This document shows, piece after piece, positions 50,763-60,901 of a stretch of DNA of 64,000 bases; position 1 is the stretch's first letter, and every line of letters begins with the position of its first letter. The stretch is from Candidatus Bathyarchaeia archaeon (GTDB lineage: Archaea; Thermoproteota; Bathyarchaeia; Bathyarchaeales; Bathycorpusculaceae). The position numbers and the translations under genes were made by a program. Location: assembly GCA_050012255.1 (NCBI GenBank), contig JBEKHN010000001.1:128001-192000 (forward strand), in the 5' to 3' direction. Below the pieces are notes generated by a model. That model was given only the letters and a program-made list of their open reading frames with translations. It had not been told where the DNA came from and made no database searches.

Positions 50763-52031
50763 GTGCTAGACTTGTACGGCGTTTGGACCGTTAGACACAA
50801 ACCAAAATCACTGACCGAAATTGTAGGAAACACTGAAGTCATCCAGCAGTTTGTCAACTGGATAAAATCATGGGAAAAAGGCGTACCGAAAAAGAGGTGC
50901 GCATTTCTCTATGGATCGCCAGGCGTCGGAAAAACTGTCACTGTGGAAACTGCCGCAAGCGACTTTAAAATGGAGTTTGTAGAGAAAAACGCCAGCGACC
51001 ACCGAACCGAAGAAGCGATAAACCGCTTTGCTGGCCTTGCCTCGCAGTATGGATCTTTGTTCGGCGGAAAAAGAATCATCCTCCTAGACGAATTAGAGGG
51101 TTTGACTGGAACTGCAGACCGGGGAGGCGTCAAAGCGATAACTGACGTCGTGAAAACGGCACAGTGCCCTATCGTTCTAATCGCCAACAACGCGTACGAC
51201 CCACGTTTTTCTAGTCTTCGCAACTATTGCCTTCTCATGGAGTTCAAGAAACCACCTGCAAGTGAAGTCGCGAAACATCTCAAGAAGATTTGCGAAAAAG
51301 AGGGAATAGAATCAGATGAAAACGCGCTGAAGTTCATAGCTCAACGCTCGGGAGGCGACATACGTTCAGCTGTGAACGACCTTCAGGCTCTCGGGCAGGG
51401 CAGGAAGAGGCTAACCTACGAAGATGTTTCTTGGCTTGGCTACCGCGACCGACAAGACAGCATTTTCAACGTGTTAAGAATGATATTCTACGGTAAAACA
51501 TGCTTCGGAGCAAAGCAAGCGGTGGACATGGCTGACGTTGACGCTGACATGCTTTTTGAATGGGTCTACGAGAACGTTCCAGCGCACTTTACAGACCCAC
51601 ATGACTTGGCTAATGCCATGGACGCATTGGCAGTGGCGGATGTCTACCGTGGCAGAATCCGTACAACTAAAGACTGGAGCTTCATGCGTTATGTAATTGA
51701 CTACATGACAGCCGGCGTGGCGATGGCTAGACAGAGAACCAAAACATCTGGGTGGATACCGTTCAAGTTTCCCCAGCGCATACAGATGTTGTCAAGGTCC
51801 AGGGCTGAGCGTGCGGTTCAGCGCAACATAGGAGCCAAGATCAAGCGAAGATGCCACATTTCAACTGTCAGGGCATCGAAAGAGGTACTTCCCTACTTGA
51901 GAATAATCTTCAAGAACAACGTGGACATGGCAGCTGGACTTGCCAGATGGCTTGACCTAAACCAGGAAATGGTTGAATACATAGCTGGAAGCGAAGAAAA
52001 AGCTGAGGCAATAATCAAATTGACGAGCTAG
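50763..52031 (+). CDS. rfcL: Replication factor C large subunit
   Basis: GSPGVGKT, NASD, LDELE, GDIRSAVNDLQ; follows rfcS. Confidence 0.93.
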   Translation: MLDLYGVWTVRHKPKSLTEIVGNTEVIQQFVNWIKSWEKGVPKKRCAFLYGSPGVGKTVTVETAASDFKMEFVEKNASDHRTEEAINRFAGLASQYGSLFGGKRIILLDELEGLTGTADRGGVKAITDVVKTAQCPIVLIANNAYDPRFSSLRNYCLLMEFKKPPASEVAKHLKKICEKEGIESDENALKFIAQRSGGDIRSAVNDLQALGQGRKRLTYEDVSWLGYRDRQDSIFNVLRMIFYGKTCFGAKQAVDMADVDADMLFEWVYENVPAHFTDPHDLANAMDALAVADVYRGRIRTTKDWSFMRYVIDYMTAGVAMARQRTKTSGWIPFKFPQRIQMLSRSRAERAVQRNIGAKIKRRCHISTVRASKEVLPYLRIIFKNNVDMAAGLARWLDLNQEMVEYIAGSEEKAEAIIKLTS

Positions 52032-52047
52032 AAAAGAGCTGTCTAGA

Positions 52048-52374
52048 TTAGTGTACCTTGCTGCCTTCCGCAATATCCTTCTCTGGTTGAAGAATCACAA
52101 CATTACCCTTGTCGTCTTCGGCCGCGAAGATCATGCACTGCGATTCTATTCCCATGAGTTTTCGTCTCTGTAAATTGAGGATGAAGGCGCATTTCTTGCC
52201 CACAAGTTGTTCAGGCTTGTACCATTGCAGCAGCCCTGCAACCGCCTGTCTCTTTTCAGTTCCAAAGTCAACAATCATTCTAATGAGGTTTCGGGAGCCT
52301 GGAATCTGATTCGCTTCCAAGATTTTCCCGACGCGGATGTCAAGCTTCTGAAACTCCTCAAACGATATCTCCAT
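52048..52374 (-). CDS. tRNA-binding OB-fold protein (Trbp111/CsaA/MetRS C-domain-like)
   Basis: FQKLDIRVGKI, LVGKK, NL..RKLMGIESQCMI. Confidence 0.88.
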   Translation of the reverse strand: MEISFEEFQKLDIRVGKILEANQIPGSRNLIRMIVDFGTEKRQAVAGLLQWYKPEQLVGKKCAFILNLQRRKLMGIESQCMIFAAEDDKGNVVILQPEKDIAEGSKVH

Positions 52375-52414
52375 CGGCTAATCACCTTTTCGCACTTCTC
52401 ATTTGAGTCAGCTA

Positions 52415-53122
52415 TTAAGGCTTGCGTGCTTTCTTTTTGCGGTTTAACCTTTCTACAGTTCTTGCAACGCCTTCCCAACCTTCGACAGACTTCGAATGGA
52501 CTATTTCGAAAGCTTCCTTCGAAGTCATTCCAAACAGTTCCTGGCCGGCAACTCTTCTCGTCAGGTAGGCCGCCGCGCTCAAGACTTCACCGTTAAGTCG
52601 CGAGTCCGCAAAGTCTGCTAGGTGGCAGATCAAGGCTTCAAGCGTTCGAGGCCTAATCGGGCCATATTCTCCGTGATGCGCGGACACTATGTGAATCAAT
52701 TCCAGCGGGAAACCCCTTCGAACAAGCTCTGAAGTTGCAATCAACAGGTGATCCAGATAATCCGCTAGAGGTGTTGACCCGTAACTTCCGTCCTTGTTCA
52801 CGAAGTATGTTGCCGGCTTGAAAACGTCATGCAGCAACATCCCAGCTATGACGAGGTCATGGTTCACTTTCCCATGGTAGATTTTCTCCGCAGACTCACA
52901 CATCGCTAATGCAATGTTTGTCGCTGAAACAACATGCTCTACGTAACCTCCAGGGTAGGAATGATGGCGGCTTCTCCCAGCCGGCGAGATTTCAAGAGGC
53001 ATTCCCGAGTATGTTTTGCCGTTTGCTTCGAATGTTGGTGCCTCAAGCAAAGTGAAAGTTTTCTTTCGAAGAGACTTGTCACGGATCTTGTTCACCAACT
53101 CTCTCAATTGTCGGTTCAGCAA
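52415..53122 (-). CDS. HD-domain protein (YhaM-like HD domain, no OB fold)
   Basis: PAGRSRHHSYPGGYVEH, LLHD, H, SAHHG, ADFADS. Confidence 0.82.
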   Translation of the reverse strand: MLNRQLRELVNKIRDKSLRKKTFTLLEAPTFEANGKTYSGMPLEISPAGRSRHHSYPGGYVEHVVSATNIALAMCESAEKIYHGKVNHDLVIAGMLLHDVFKPATYFVNKDGSYGSTPLADYLDHLLIATSELVRRGFPLELIHIVSAHHGEYGPIRPRTLEALICHLADFADSRLNGEVLSAAAYLTRRVAGQELFGMTSKEAFEIVHSKSVEGWEGVARTVERLNRKKKARKP

Positions 53123-53129
53123 TTTTCAT

Positions 53130-53852
53130 TCACTCGTTACTTGTTATTGCTGAAGTGGAGATATTGGCTTTTCTTTTTTCAGCTGTGGCTATTCTGTGAG
53201 CTTGTAAGACTGGTTCTGGAACACGGTTGCAGAGTGTGCATCGCTTAACGATCTTTATGGCTGTTCCCAGTGAAATCATGTGCCCAACGCTAACGCAGAT
53301 GGGTTTGAGTCCACGCTTTGAGATGATCTGAGCACCGATTACTTCTCCCTTGTCATGTATGAAGGCGATGTCTCCTTCAACATTCGTGCGCTCAACCTCC
53401 CCAACCAAAATTCCTTTTGCAACTCCTATCGTAGGCTTCCTCATCACGAGCCCGAGATGGCTCGCAAATCCACAGCGATATGGATGAGCAAAACCATGTC
53501 CGTCGACAAGGAATATGTCAGGCTGGACACGCAGCTTTTGAATACACATGAGCGCTGGAGGGATTTCTCTGAAGGCAAGCAACGTTGGAATGTAAGGGAA
53601 ACGTGTCGGGCAGACAGCTGTTTGTGACTCTTTCAGCTTCATGGAACCAAAATCCAAAACTGCCACAGCAGCGATTGAAGCGCCTTCAACATAAGCAACG
53701 TCGACGCCTCCTATCAAACGGATTCTCTGTGGAACCTTGTCGTCAGAAATGATGTGTTCAGATAGGCGCCTCTGAGCTTCATGAGCCTTTTCTGTTGAGA
53801 ATGCGGGTTTCAGTCCGACGCGTGTCATTCTACCCTTCACAATTTGTCTCAA
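53130..53852 (-). CDS. nfi: Endonuclease V
   Basis: GVDVAY, PYIPTLLAFRE, VDGHG..HP..GFASH, IGVAK. Confidence 0.93.
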   Translation of the reverse strand: MRQIVKGRMTRVGLKPAFSTEKAHEAQRRLSEHIISDDKVPQRIRLIGGVDVAYVEGASIAAVAVLDFGSMKLKESQTAVCPTRFPYIPTLLAFREIPPALMCIQKLRVQPDIFLVDGHGFAHPYRCGFASHLGLVMRKPTIGVAKGILVGEVERTNVEGDIAFIHDKGEVIGAQIISKRGLKPICVSVGHMISLGTAIKIVKRCTLCNRVPEPVLQAHRIATAEKRKANISTSAITSNE

Positions 53853-54493
53853 GTGCTTCTTCGTTTTCTCAGGCTTTTTTCGACTTGTTTCAAGTGTTCT
53901 TCAAGCATGCTTCTTCGAATTTCCTGGGTCACGTCTCCCCGTGTGATCTCAATGAGCTTTCTCGCAACATCACATTTTCTTCTCAAACCAGGAACCAGCA
54001 TGTAAGACTCGTCCATACCCATAAGTTCAATGTAGATTTCGTCCATTGTCTGCAAACAGCTTTCAGCTCTTTCAGTGTTCCCTTCACGCAAGGCGTCGAG
54101 CGCTAGGCGCCTGCACTCGCCTATGACGTCTGCTAACCCCAGGACATAATCTGCTGAGGGCACTTGGATTTCTTTAGGAGTTAAGAACTTAGATTCCTCA
54201 ACCAGCCTCAAAAAAATGTTTGCCTCAGAATACTCCTGAAGCGCAGCGCTAAACATGCCGGTGTAAATGATGTCTGGATGAACAGCCGAAGTATCCCAAA
54301 GCTTCGAAAGAGCCTCGCTTGCTCTCGCGACAAGTTTCTCGGCCTCCTCCAACCGTTTCTGATGAATCAAAAGTATCGCCTGCTTCGAAAGACTCGTCAC
54401 CTTCCTCATGTCTCCTTGAGACTTCTCGCGCAATTCGTCCCTGAGGATGAGTTCCTTTCTCACGGCACTCAAGACAGCTTTTAGGGTAGGCAT
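53849..54493 (-). CDS. Translin/TRAX-family protein (archaeal C3PO)
   Basis: LQEYSEA, YVLGLADVIGECRR, LRRKCD. Confidence 0.88.
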   Translation of the reverse strand: MPTLKAVLSAVRKELILRDELREKSQGDMRKVTSLSKQAILLIHQKRLEEAEKLVARASEALSKLWDTSAVHPDIIYTGMFSAALQEYSEANIFLRLVEESKFLTPKEIQVPSADYVLGLADVIGECRRLALDALREGNTERAESCLQTMDEIYIELMGMDESYMLVPGLRRKCDVARKLIEITRGDVTQEIRRSMLEEHLKQVEKSLRKRRST

Positions 54494-55011
54494 ACGAACA
54501 ACACCAAGTCACAGTTAACAATGCGAAAATCAGAATATAATGTTTGGTGTCGAAGGGACAATTGAAGACAAACACTCGGCTGTCACACCTCATTCAACAA
54601 TACTTGGCCCATGCGCGCAAACGTATTCCCGAATTTCTCTTTTCAGGTTGAGAGTCAGGTCGCACAGACACGCGCACGGTTTTTGTTGAATCATATTTGG
54701 ATCATATAGTGAACCGGAGGGGTAGGGCGTAAGAGCAAAAGCACACCGAAAACCCGAGAATCATTGAACTGAGTGTACGCATGTCCATAGATTCCTTTCC
54801 TGAAATATAGTAAGGCTGAGTCACGCCCTCTGAACGATGCTCCTCGTTTATCGAGGCACAATATCAGCTGCAGACGAAGCAACTCGAGAAGTACAACCCA
54901 CGTCGCAAACGAATCCAGGAATGAGAATGCGCGCCAATTTCAATTGTTCAACGTGAAATGTCACGTCCCGAAAATGGGGATAGAGAGTCCTCGTTCTCGA
55001 AGGGTTATTAT

Positions 55012-55203
55012 CTATTCGACCGCGGGCTCTTTCCACTTCTCTATCAGCAGCTTGTCGTCCCCAAGCTTGAAGGCTACTTTCACAAACACGGAGTCACAGC
55101 CCTTAAACGGGAACATGCTGTCTTCTGCTAAGTCCTTAGGCAGGTAGATCAGGTACTTACCGTCCTTCCTTCGGAACAAGCGGCCTCTTCCATCACTAAC
55201 CAT
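55012..55203 (-). CDS. Small protein, possible AbrB/swapped-hairpin fold
   Basis: SD GAGGTG upstream; KYLIYLPKDLA motif. Confidence 0.55.
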   Translation of the reverse strand: MVSDGRGRLFRRKDGKYLIYLPKDLAEDSMFPFKGCDSVFVKVAFKLGDDKLLIEKWKEPAVE

Positions 55204-55343
55204 TTGTTAACACCTCGATTGAATTTTCAGTTCAAGGACAAGGCTAATGACTGAGGAAATATTTAAGGTTTGTTCTCACTTAATTCAAAGAAACACATTC
55301 AACCACGTAAAGGTTATTTGAACATGAATTGCTTGCAACGCGG

Positions 55344-55838
55344 TTAATCGTTGCAGAATTTTGTTGGTTTTTTACACTTGCTCAGCAGTACAACGCGGCT
55401 TTCTGGCGATTCATCGATGGGGTTGTGGCCTGTTTCGTTCGCCAACTGCGCCGAAAACCGACGTATCTCGCTGTGGCTCGGCATGGCGTCATAATCTAAT
55501 CGAAGTCTGGAGAAGCCTACGTTCATGTAAGCCTTAGCTTCAACGTAGGTCGGGTCTGCTTTTTCGATCAGTCCAGCGTATTCTTTTGGGTTTTTCATGT
55601 TTAGGCCGCGCACTGACGTTATTCGCATTACTGTTGGACATTTGAAGCTGGGCAATAGCGATAGGGTATCGTTCAGTTTTTCCCAGCCTCGCGAGATCTG
55701 GGGACGGCAAGCACGCTTGTATGTTTCTTCGTCTGGAGCATAGACAGAAATGTAAAGCTGAGTGGGCTCTTCGGTTAGTTCTGCCAAAGCGGAAGGCAGA
55801 GTTCCGTTTGAAACTAAGAATCCTGGGAAATTTAGCAA
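55344..55838 (-). pseudogene. taw1: C-terminal half of wyosine synthase Taw1/TYW1, 5'-truncated
   Basis: FLVSNGT, PTQLYIS, EAKAYMNVGFSRLRL..MP, SRVVLL; the radical-SAM CxxxCxxC N-half is absent. Confidence 0.8.
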
Positions 55839-55856
55839 TGCGCAAGATAAAGAGTT

Positions 55857-57059
55857 TTACTGGTCAAAACAGTATTCAACTTTCTGGAATTCGCTGCATA
55901 GTTTAGCCACGTCATTCTTGACCGCTTCTGGCGTTTCCTCATCTATGATTACTCTTCTGAGCAATTCAGCTACTCTCAACATATCAGCCTCCTTCATCCC
56001 ACGCCTTGTAACCTCGCAAGTGCCGACCCTGATGACGCAATCGACGATTATGTTTGCACGCTGGAGTTTTTCGGCGACACTTCTTGCTTTTCTTACGTCT
56101 CCATAGTCCAAGATTACCTGGTGTGATTTGGTGAAGCCAAGATGGCTGCAAACAACTGGAAAGCCAAGGTCATGCAAACTCTTGGCCAGAGTCTTTGAGT
56201 TCCGAACGACTTGTAACGCGTAGTCTTTGCCGAAAGTTCTCATCTCAGCCAGAGCCAAGGTCAGTGCAGCGATTCGATTCCAGTGAGCGTTGTCAACGAA
56301 GGCCGGGTATATTTTCTCTTTCAGGAACTCCCCAGTTTCTTTGTTCGCCAAGATTATGCCTCCTTGAGGACCAAAAAAGCTCTTGTGAGTCGATCCAAAA
56401 AGAACTTGTGCGCCTTCTCTTAAGGGGTCCTGAAACTGGTCGCCGGCGATCAATCCCAGAACGTGTGAACCGTCAAACCCTACGATTGCACCATTTTCGC
56501 GCGCAACTTCGGCCAGATCTTTGACGGGATGGGGAAAAGTGATCAAACTTGCACCGAAGATAACGGCTTTTGGCTTTACCTTAGGTATGATTTCTTGGGC
56601 CGCCTGAACTGTTATGTTCATGTCTTTCTTCGAAAACGGGAAAGGTGTCACGTTGAGCTTAAGGAGGCCTGCCAAGCCGTCTCTCCACATTCCAGGGTAC
56701 CCGCCGTCATCCGGAGAAACACAAATCAGCGTTTCATTTTGTTTCGTCAGGTTAGCTAGAACGATCAGGTCGGCAATGTGGCCTGAGAGAGGGCGTAAAT
56801 CCGCAGTTTCAGCCTTGAAGAGTTCCCTTGCAACCTTCTCACCGTACTGCTCGATTTGGTCCGTGAAACGTGTGCCCATGTAGAAACGGTCTCTTGCCGT
56901 GTAACGATGTGCAAGCTCGGATGAGAGCAGGGCTCTGACAGCAGGACTCATGACGTTCTCGGAGGGTATTAGGTTCAAGCATTGCTTTCCACGCCACTCC
57001 TCATGGCTCTGAACGAGTTCTAGAATCTCGTCGATCATGTCTAACAACTCAAAGGTCAA
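55857..57059 (-). CDS. glyA: Serine hydroxymethyltransferase (archaeal)
   Basis: LNLIPSEN, DGSHVLGL, PLP lysine in STHKSFFGPQGG. Confidence 0.92.
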   Translation of the reverse strand: MTFELLDMIDEILELVQSHEEWRGKQCLNLIPSENVMSPAVRALLSSELAHRYTARDRFYMGTRFTDQIEQYGEKVARELFKAETADLRPLSGHIADLIVLANLTKQNETLICVSPDDGGYPGMWRDGLAGLLKLNVTPFPFSKKDMNITVQAAQEIIPKVKPKAVIFGASLITFPHPVKDLAEVARENGAIVGFDGSHVLGLIAGDQFQDPLREGAQVLFGSTHKSFFGPQGGIILANKETGEFLKEKIYPAFVDNAHWNRIAALTLALAEMRTFGKDYALQVVRNSKTLAKSLHDLGFPVVCSHLGFTKSHQVILDYGDVRKARSVAEKLQRANIIVDCVIRVGTCEVTRRGMKEADMLRVAELLRRVIIDEETPEAVKNDVAKLCSEFQKVEYCFDQ

Positions 57060-57245
57060 GCGGTACTATCGCCTTGCGAACTTAATTCATCTTTCGGCCA
57101 ACTCTCACAATAACAGCTCAGTAATGTTTGTGCTCGAACCGTTCATGCCATGTGCAGATCGTTCAAGAGACAGAGATAAAGGTAAAGTTTAAAATGGTCT
57201 CGGTGTTAGAGTTGTTCACACGTTTCATTCAAACTGCGAGGTAAA

Positions 57246-59309
57246 ATGCTGATGAAGGCTCGACTTAAAACGATTGAACGATTGACATGTCTAGTTCTTA
57301 TATTAACATCGGGTTTGATCATCCTTTCACTCTTGCCCAAAGCAGTGGCTGGGATGTCGATGGGAATGAACCCTAATACTGGAAACGTTGGAACACTTGT
57401 AGCGATAACTGCAAACGCAACCACGGCGAACGGCAAGTACGAAGTGTATTTTGGTCAAGACCTCACCGCGAGCGGCACGTCTAGCGCAAACAGCGTAAAC
57501 GCAACATTTATTGTCCCTCAAACCACTGCAGGCAACCACACTGTTACAGTTATGGACGTTGCCACTCGCGACAACGCCACTGCAACTTTCACAGTTACGA
57601 CATTATACTCGCTTGTCATACCTGCAATGGCAAAACCGTTACAGGAAAATGACTCGATACCGATTTCTGTCAACATAACTGGCGGCGAATCAGGCAAGAC
57701 TTATGTCGCAAACATCACTGTTCAAGCTCCGACTAACACATCGTACGTGAAAATGCTTGACGTTGGAACCTCGACTTTGGGAAACGGAACTGCAACTGCA
57801 TACTATCCAAGCGATTTCTCAGCCGGCGCCAACACGAGCTTCGTGGGTGACTATACGGCATTGCTTAACACCACGGTGGGTTACCAAACTTTCTCTGTGG
57901 GTTTGACAAACTCGACCCAGTATCACAGGACTCAAACAGTGAACGTCAAGGCTGTCTATGAGCCGAACGAAAATGTCACACTCACGATAGCAGGAAACAA
58001 CATTTACGACTCCGTAAACCTGACAGATCCTTCAGGTTTGATTAACTATAACTGGACTGTGCCTGCAAACGCGTCGATAGGGAACTACACTGTCAGCGTC
58101 TTTTCGTTGTCAGGACACACAGTTAAGAACCCTGTTGACGTCCAGACATTCGCAGTGCCGGGTTTCGCAGTGAACGTCACTGCAAAGAATCTTGCCGAAG
58201 AATCCGTATCAAACGTGAATATCAACGCGCTTGAGAACGGAAACGTTGTGGACAACACAACAACTGATACAACCGGCTTGGGAACTCTGAACCTTGAGGT
58301 TGGAAACTATACGTGTGAAGCGTCCGCCCAAAACGAGAACGTCGGCGAGCTGAAGATAAAGGTTAATGATACTGCCTCGCTGGACCTTGTCTGCAACCTC
58401 ACCAACTTGAAGGTTCAAGTCTTAGCAGGTAACATAAGCATTCCTGATGCTGGAATATACTTAACGCCGCTTGGCGAGACAAAGACTACAGATCTCAATG
58501 GCACCGCCATAATTCACTCTCTGTTGCCCGATTTGACATATGGCTTGAACGTGACCCGTTACGGCACATCGTTCAACTTGACGTCGTTATCGCAACTTTT
58601 AGTGAATGGGACAGCAGTGGCGTGGGTTAACCTGACAGTCAACTGTCCCATTTTGGCGTTACAAGTAATCGCCACCAAGTCAGGCGGACAACTGTTCAAT
58701 AACACGCTAGTAAGGGTTCAAGAAGTGTCTGGTGAACCTCTTTATGAACAGTACACTGACGAAAATGGAAGTGCTACGTTTAACCCTCCTCTAGGCGTGT
58801 ACAGTGTAAGGGTGTACGACAAGAGCGGAATAATACTTAACGAAACAACTGTAACTCTGTTCCAGAACCAGAGCAAAATTGTGCATTGCGACCTCTACGA
58901 CTTGACACTCTCTGTGAAGGTTGTTGATTATTTTGGTCAGGGCATTGGAAACGTGAACGTGAAACTGCAGAGGGAAGGAGAGCCTACAAAGTCTGCACCG
59001 CCGACACAAGCGAACGGAACTGCGACGTTCAACAACGTGATTGGAGGAACCCTCGAAGTTGCCTTGTATCTGGGTGATTCAACCCAGCCAATCGTGACCC
59101 AAGGATTAACCCTCCAGAATTCAATGACGATTCAGGTCAAAATAGACAAGTACATCGTCCTAGGAGGATTGCTAGTTGAAACAAGCGAGTTCGCCACGAT
59201 ACTCGTGATCGCGTTGGCAATCATCTTCGTTCTGGCATTAGAAGTGTACAGGTTTAGACGCTTGAAGACGAAGAAAAGTGAGACTGAGAGTTCAGATAAG
59301 GAGTCTTAG
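57246..59309 (+). CDS. Membrane-anchored surface glycoprotein with tandem Ig-like/beta-sandwich domains
   Basis: Signal peptide, Thr/Asn/Val-rich, many N-x-S/T sequons, TTDxNG motifs, C-terminal TM + basic tail. Confidence 0.78.
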   Translation: MLMKARLKTIERLTCLVLILTSGLIILSLLPKAVAGMSMGMNPNTGNVGTLVAITANATTANGKYEVYFGQDLTASGTSSANSVNATFIVPQTTAGNHTVTVMDVATRDNATATFTVTTLYSLVIPAMAKPLQENDSIPISVNITGGESGKTYVANITVQAPTNTSYVKMLDVGTSTLGNGTATAYYPSDFSAGANTSFVGDYTALLNTTVGYQTFSVGLTNSTQYHRTQTVNVKAVYEPNENVTLTIAGNNIYDSVNLTDPSGLINYNWTVPANASIGNYTVSVFSLSGHTVKNPVDVQTFAVPGFAVNVTAKNLAEESVSNVNINALENGNVVDNTTTDTTGLGTLNLEVGNYTCEASAQNENVGELKIKVNDTASLDLVCNLTNLKVQVLAGNISIPDAGIYLTPLGETKTTDLNGTAIIHSLLPDLTYGLNVTRYGTSFNLTSLSQLLVNGTAVAWVNLTVNCPILALQVIATKSGGQLFNNTLVRVQEVSGEPLYEQYTDENGSATFNPPLGVYSVRVYDKSGIILNETTVTLFQNQSKIVHCDLYDLTLSVKVVDYFGQGIGNVNVKLQREGEPTKSAPPTQANGTATFNNVIGGTLEVALYLGDSTQPIVTQGLTLQNSMTIQVKIDKYIVLGGLLVETSEFATILVIALAIIFVLALEVYRFRRLKTKKSETESSDKES

Positions 59310-59402
59310 GGAAAAAAGTTTATATGAAAACTCGGTAGAAGTATTGTTGAGAGAAGCGAGACTCGCAACGGTGAAGTTTTGTTAAAGAACTGATCAAAGG
59401 TT

Positions 59403-59699
59403 GTGCATGTGTTGGCACAGGTCAAAACTTGTTCTCAAAAATGTGAAGCCTTCAAGTGTGCAAAAAACGCGACCGTGCAGCGTCAGGACGGCGTTTGGTG
59501 CAGATGGACTGAAGACGCGTGCAACGTCGCAGACTGCACCTACGCTATCTGCGTGAAAAGACGACTGCTGCCAAGAGGAATCTGCGGAGAGACCATCAAG
59601 AGGAAGACTGTTGAAAAGCATCCGGACGAGGTCATTGGACCGACGATAAAACTCCGCGGCAGAGCTCTCCGCAAGATTGGAGAAAAAGAGATCTTCTAG
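59403..59699 (+). CDS. Small 8-Cys metal-binding hypothetical protein
   Basis: CxxxCxxFxC..C..CxxxxC..C..C pattern; start uncertain. Confidence 0.65.
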   Translation: MHVLAQVKTCSQKCEAFKCAKNATVQRQDGVWCRWTEDACNVADCTYAICVKRRLLPRGICGETIKRKTVEKHPDEVIGPTIKLRGRALRKIGEKEIF

Positions 59700-59769
59700 C
59701 GGGACCAGCGATATCTTAAGCATTCAAGGCGGAGCCAGCCTCAAGTAGCTCATTTTCTCTTTTTTGTTT

Positions 59770-59937
59770 CTACTTGGCAGGAACGCGTTTGACGACCGGC
59801 GGCTTTACCTTTTTCAGAATCCTGTAGCCGCAGACGATGCATTTTATTTCTCCGCCGCGCATGTCTAACTCGTCCGATGGGACCTTTGCTCCGCATCTAA
59901 CGCATTCGTAGACTATGCCTGTGGTTGTCTTTTCCAA
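59770..59937 (-). CDS. rpoP: RNA polymerase subunit P (Rpo12), absent from the ORF track
   Basis: Translated manually: ..VYECVRCGAKV..IKCIVCGYRILKKVKPPVVKRVPAK*; TTG start. Confidence 0.9.
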   Translation of the reverse strand: MEKTTTGIVYECVRCGAKVPSDELDMRGGEIKCIVCGYRILKKVKPPVVKRVPAK

Positions 59938-60021
59938 GCGTTTCCCTCTTCGTACTGAGGAAAGCCATTTTGCTTTTAAATGTTTCCGGCCAATGTTATC
60001 CTATCCGCGGAATGACGGGCC

Positions 60022-60897
60022 TTGAGGAAACGTTTGAGCAAAACTCTGACGGAGATTCTTTCTCCACAAGATTCTGCGTGCGTCTGTAATTCTTATGATG
60101 TTGTCGGCGACATCGCAATCGTGCGTTTGACAGAAAAATCAAGAAAGCACTCTGAAAAGATTGCAGAGGCCATCATAGCTGTTCACAAGAACGTCAAAAC
60201 CGTGTTGGCGCAGGCAAGCGCTGTTCGCGGAGAGTTTAGGCTTCGCAGCCTAGAGTATGTTGCTGGTGAAAGGAAAACGCGTACTGTTCACAGGGAGTCT
60301 GGATGCCTGTTCAGCGTTGATGTTGACAAGTGCTATTTTTCGCCGAGGCTCTTCTATGAAAGAATACGGATTGCAAGGCTGGCTGAGGAAGGGGAGACGG
60401 TTGTGAACATGTTTGCGGGCGTCGGATGTTTTTCGATAGTGATGGCAAAGCATGCTGAGGTCGAAAAGACGTATTCAATAGACATTAATCCGGACGCGGT
60501 TCAGCAGATGCGAGAAAACATCAGGGTGAACAGAGCATATAGGAGGGTTGTCCCTATGCTTGGCGACGCAAGAGAGGTTGTTGAAAAGAGACTGCGCCGT
60601 GTGGCGGACAGGGTTCTTATGCCTCTGCCTGCGAAAGCCCTTGAGTATCTTCCCTATGCTCTGCTCGCGCTCAGGGAGGAGGGGGGATGGGTGCACTATT
60701 ATGATTTTGAGCATGCCGCGAAGGACGAGGACGCTGTTGACAAGGTTAGGGTGAAAGTGTCTGAGAAACTTCTGGACATTTGCGCCTCATTCGAGATTCC
60801 ATTCGGCCGTGTCGTGAGAGCAACTGGCCCAAACTGGTACCAGATAGTCTTGGACATCAAAGCCAAGCCCAGTAACGCGTGCACATGGCTAGGTTGA
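60022..60897 (+). CDS. Trm5/Taw2 (TYW2)-family tRNA-37 modification enzyme
   Basis: DVVGDIA, YFSPRL..ER, NMFAGVG, DINP, ADRVLMPLP. Confidence 0.87.
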   Translation: MRKRLSKTLTEILSPQDSACVCNSYDVVGDIAIVRLTEKSRKHSEKIAEAIIAVHKNVKTVLAQASAVRGEFRLRSLEYVAGERKTRTVHRESGCLFSVDVDKCYFSPRLFYERIRIARLAEEGETVVNMFAGVGCFSIVMAKHAEVEKTYSIDINPDAVQQMRENIRVNRAYRRVVPMLGDAREVVEKRLRRVADRVLMPLPAKALEYLPYALLALREEGGWVHYYDFEHAAKDEDAVDKVRVKVSEKLLDICASFEIPFGRVVRATGPNWYQIVLDIKAKPSNACTWLG

Positions 60898-60901
60898 GAA
60901 C

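Noticed and set aside
37371-52031. Inteins in MCM or RFC
   Set aside because: Normal lengths with contiguous Walker motifs
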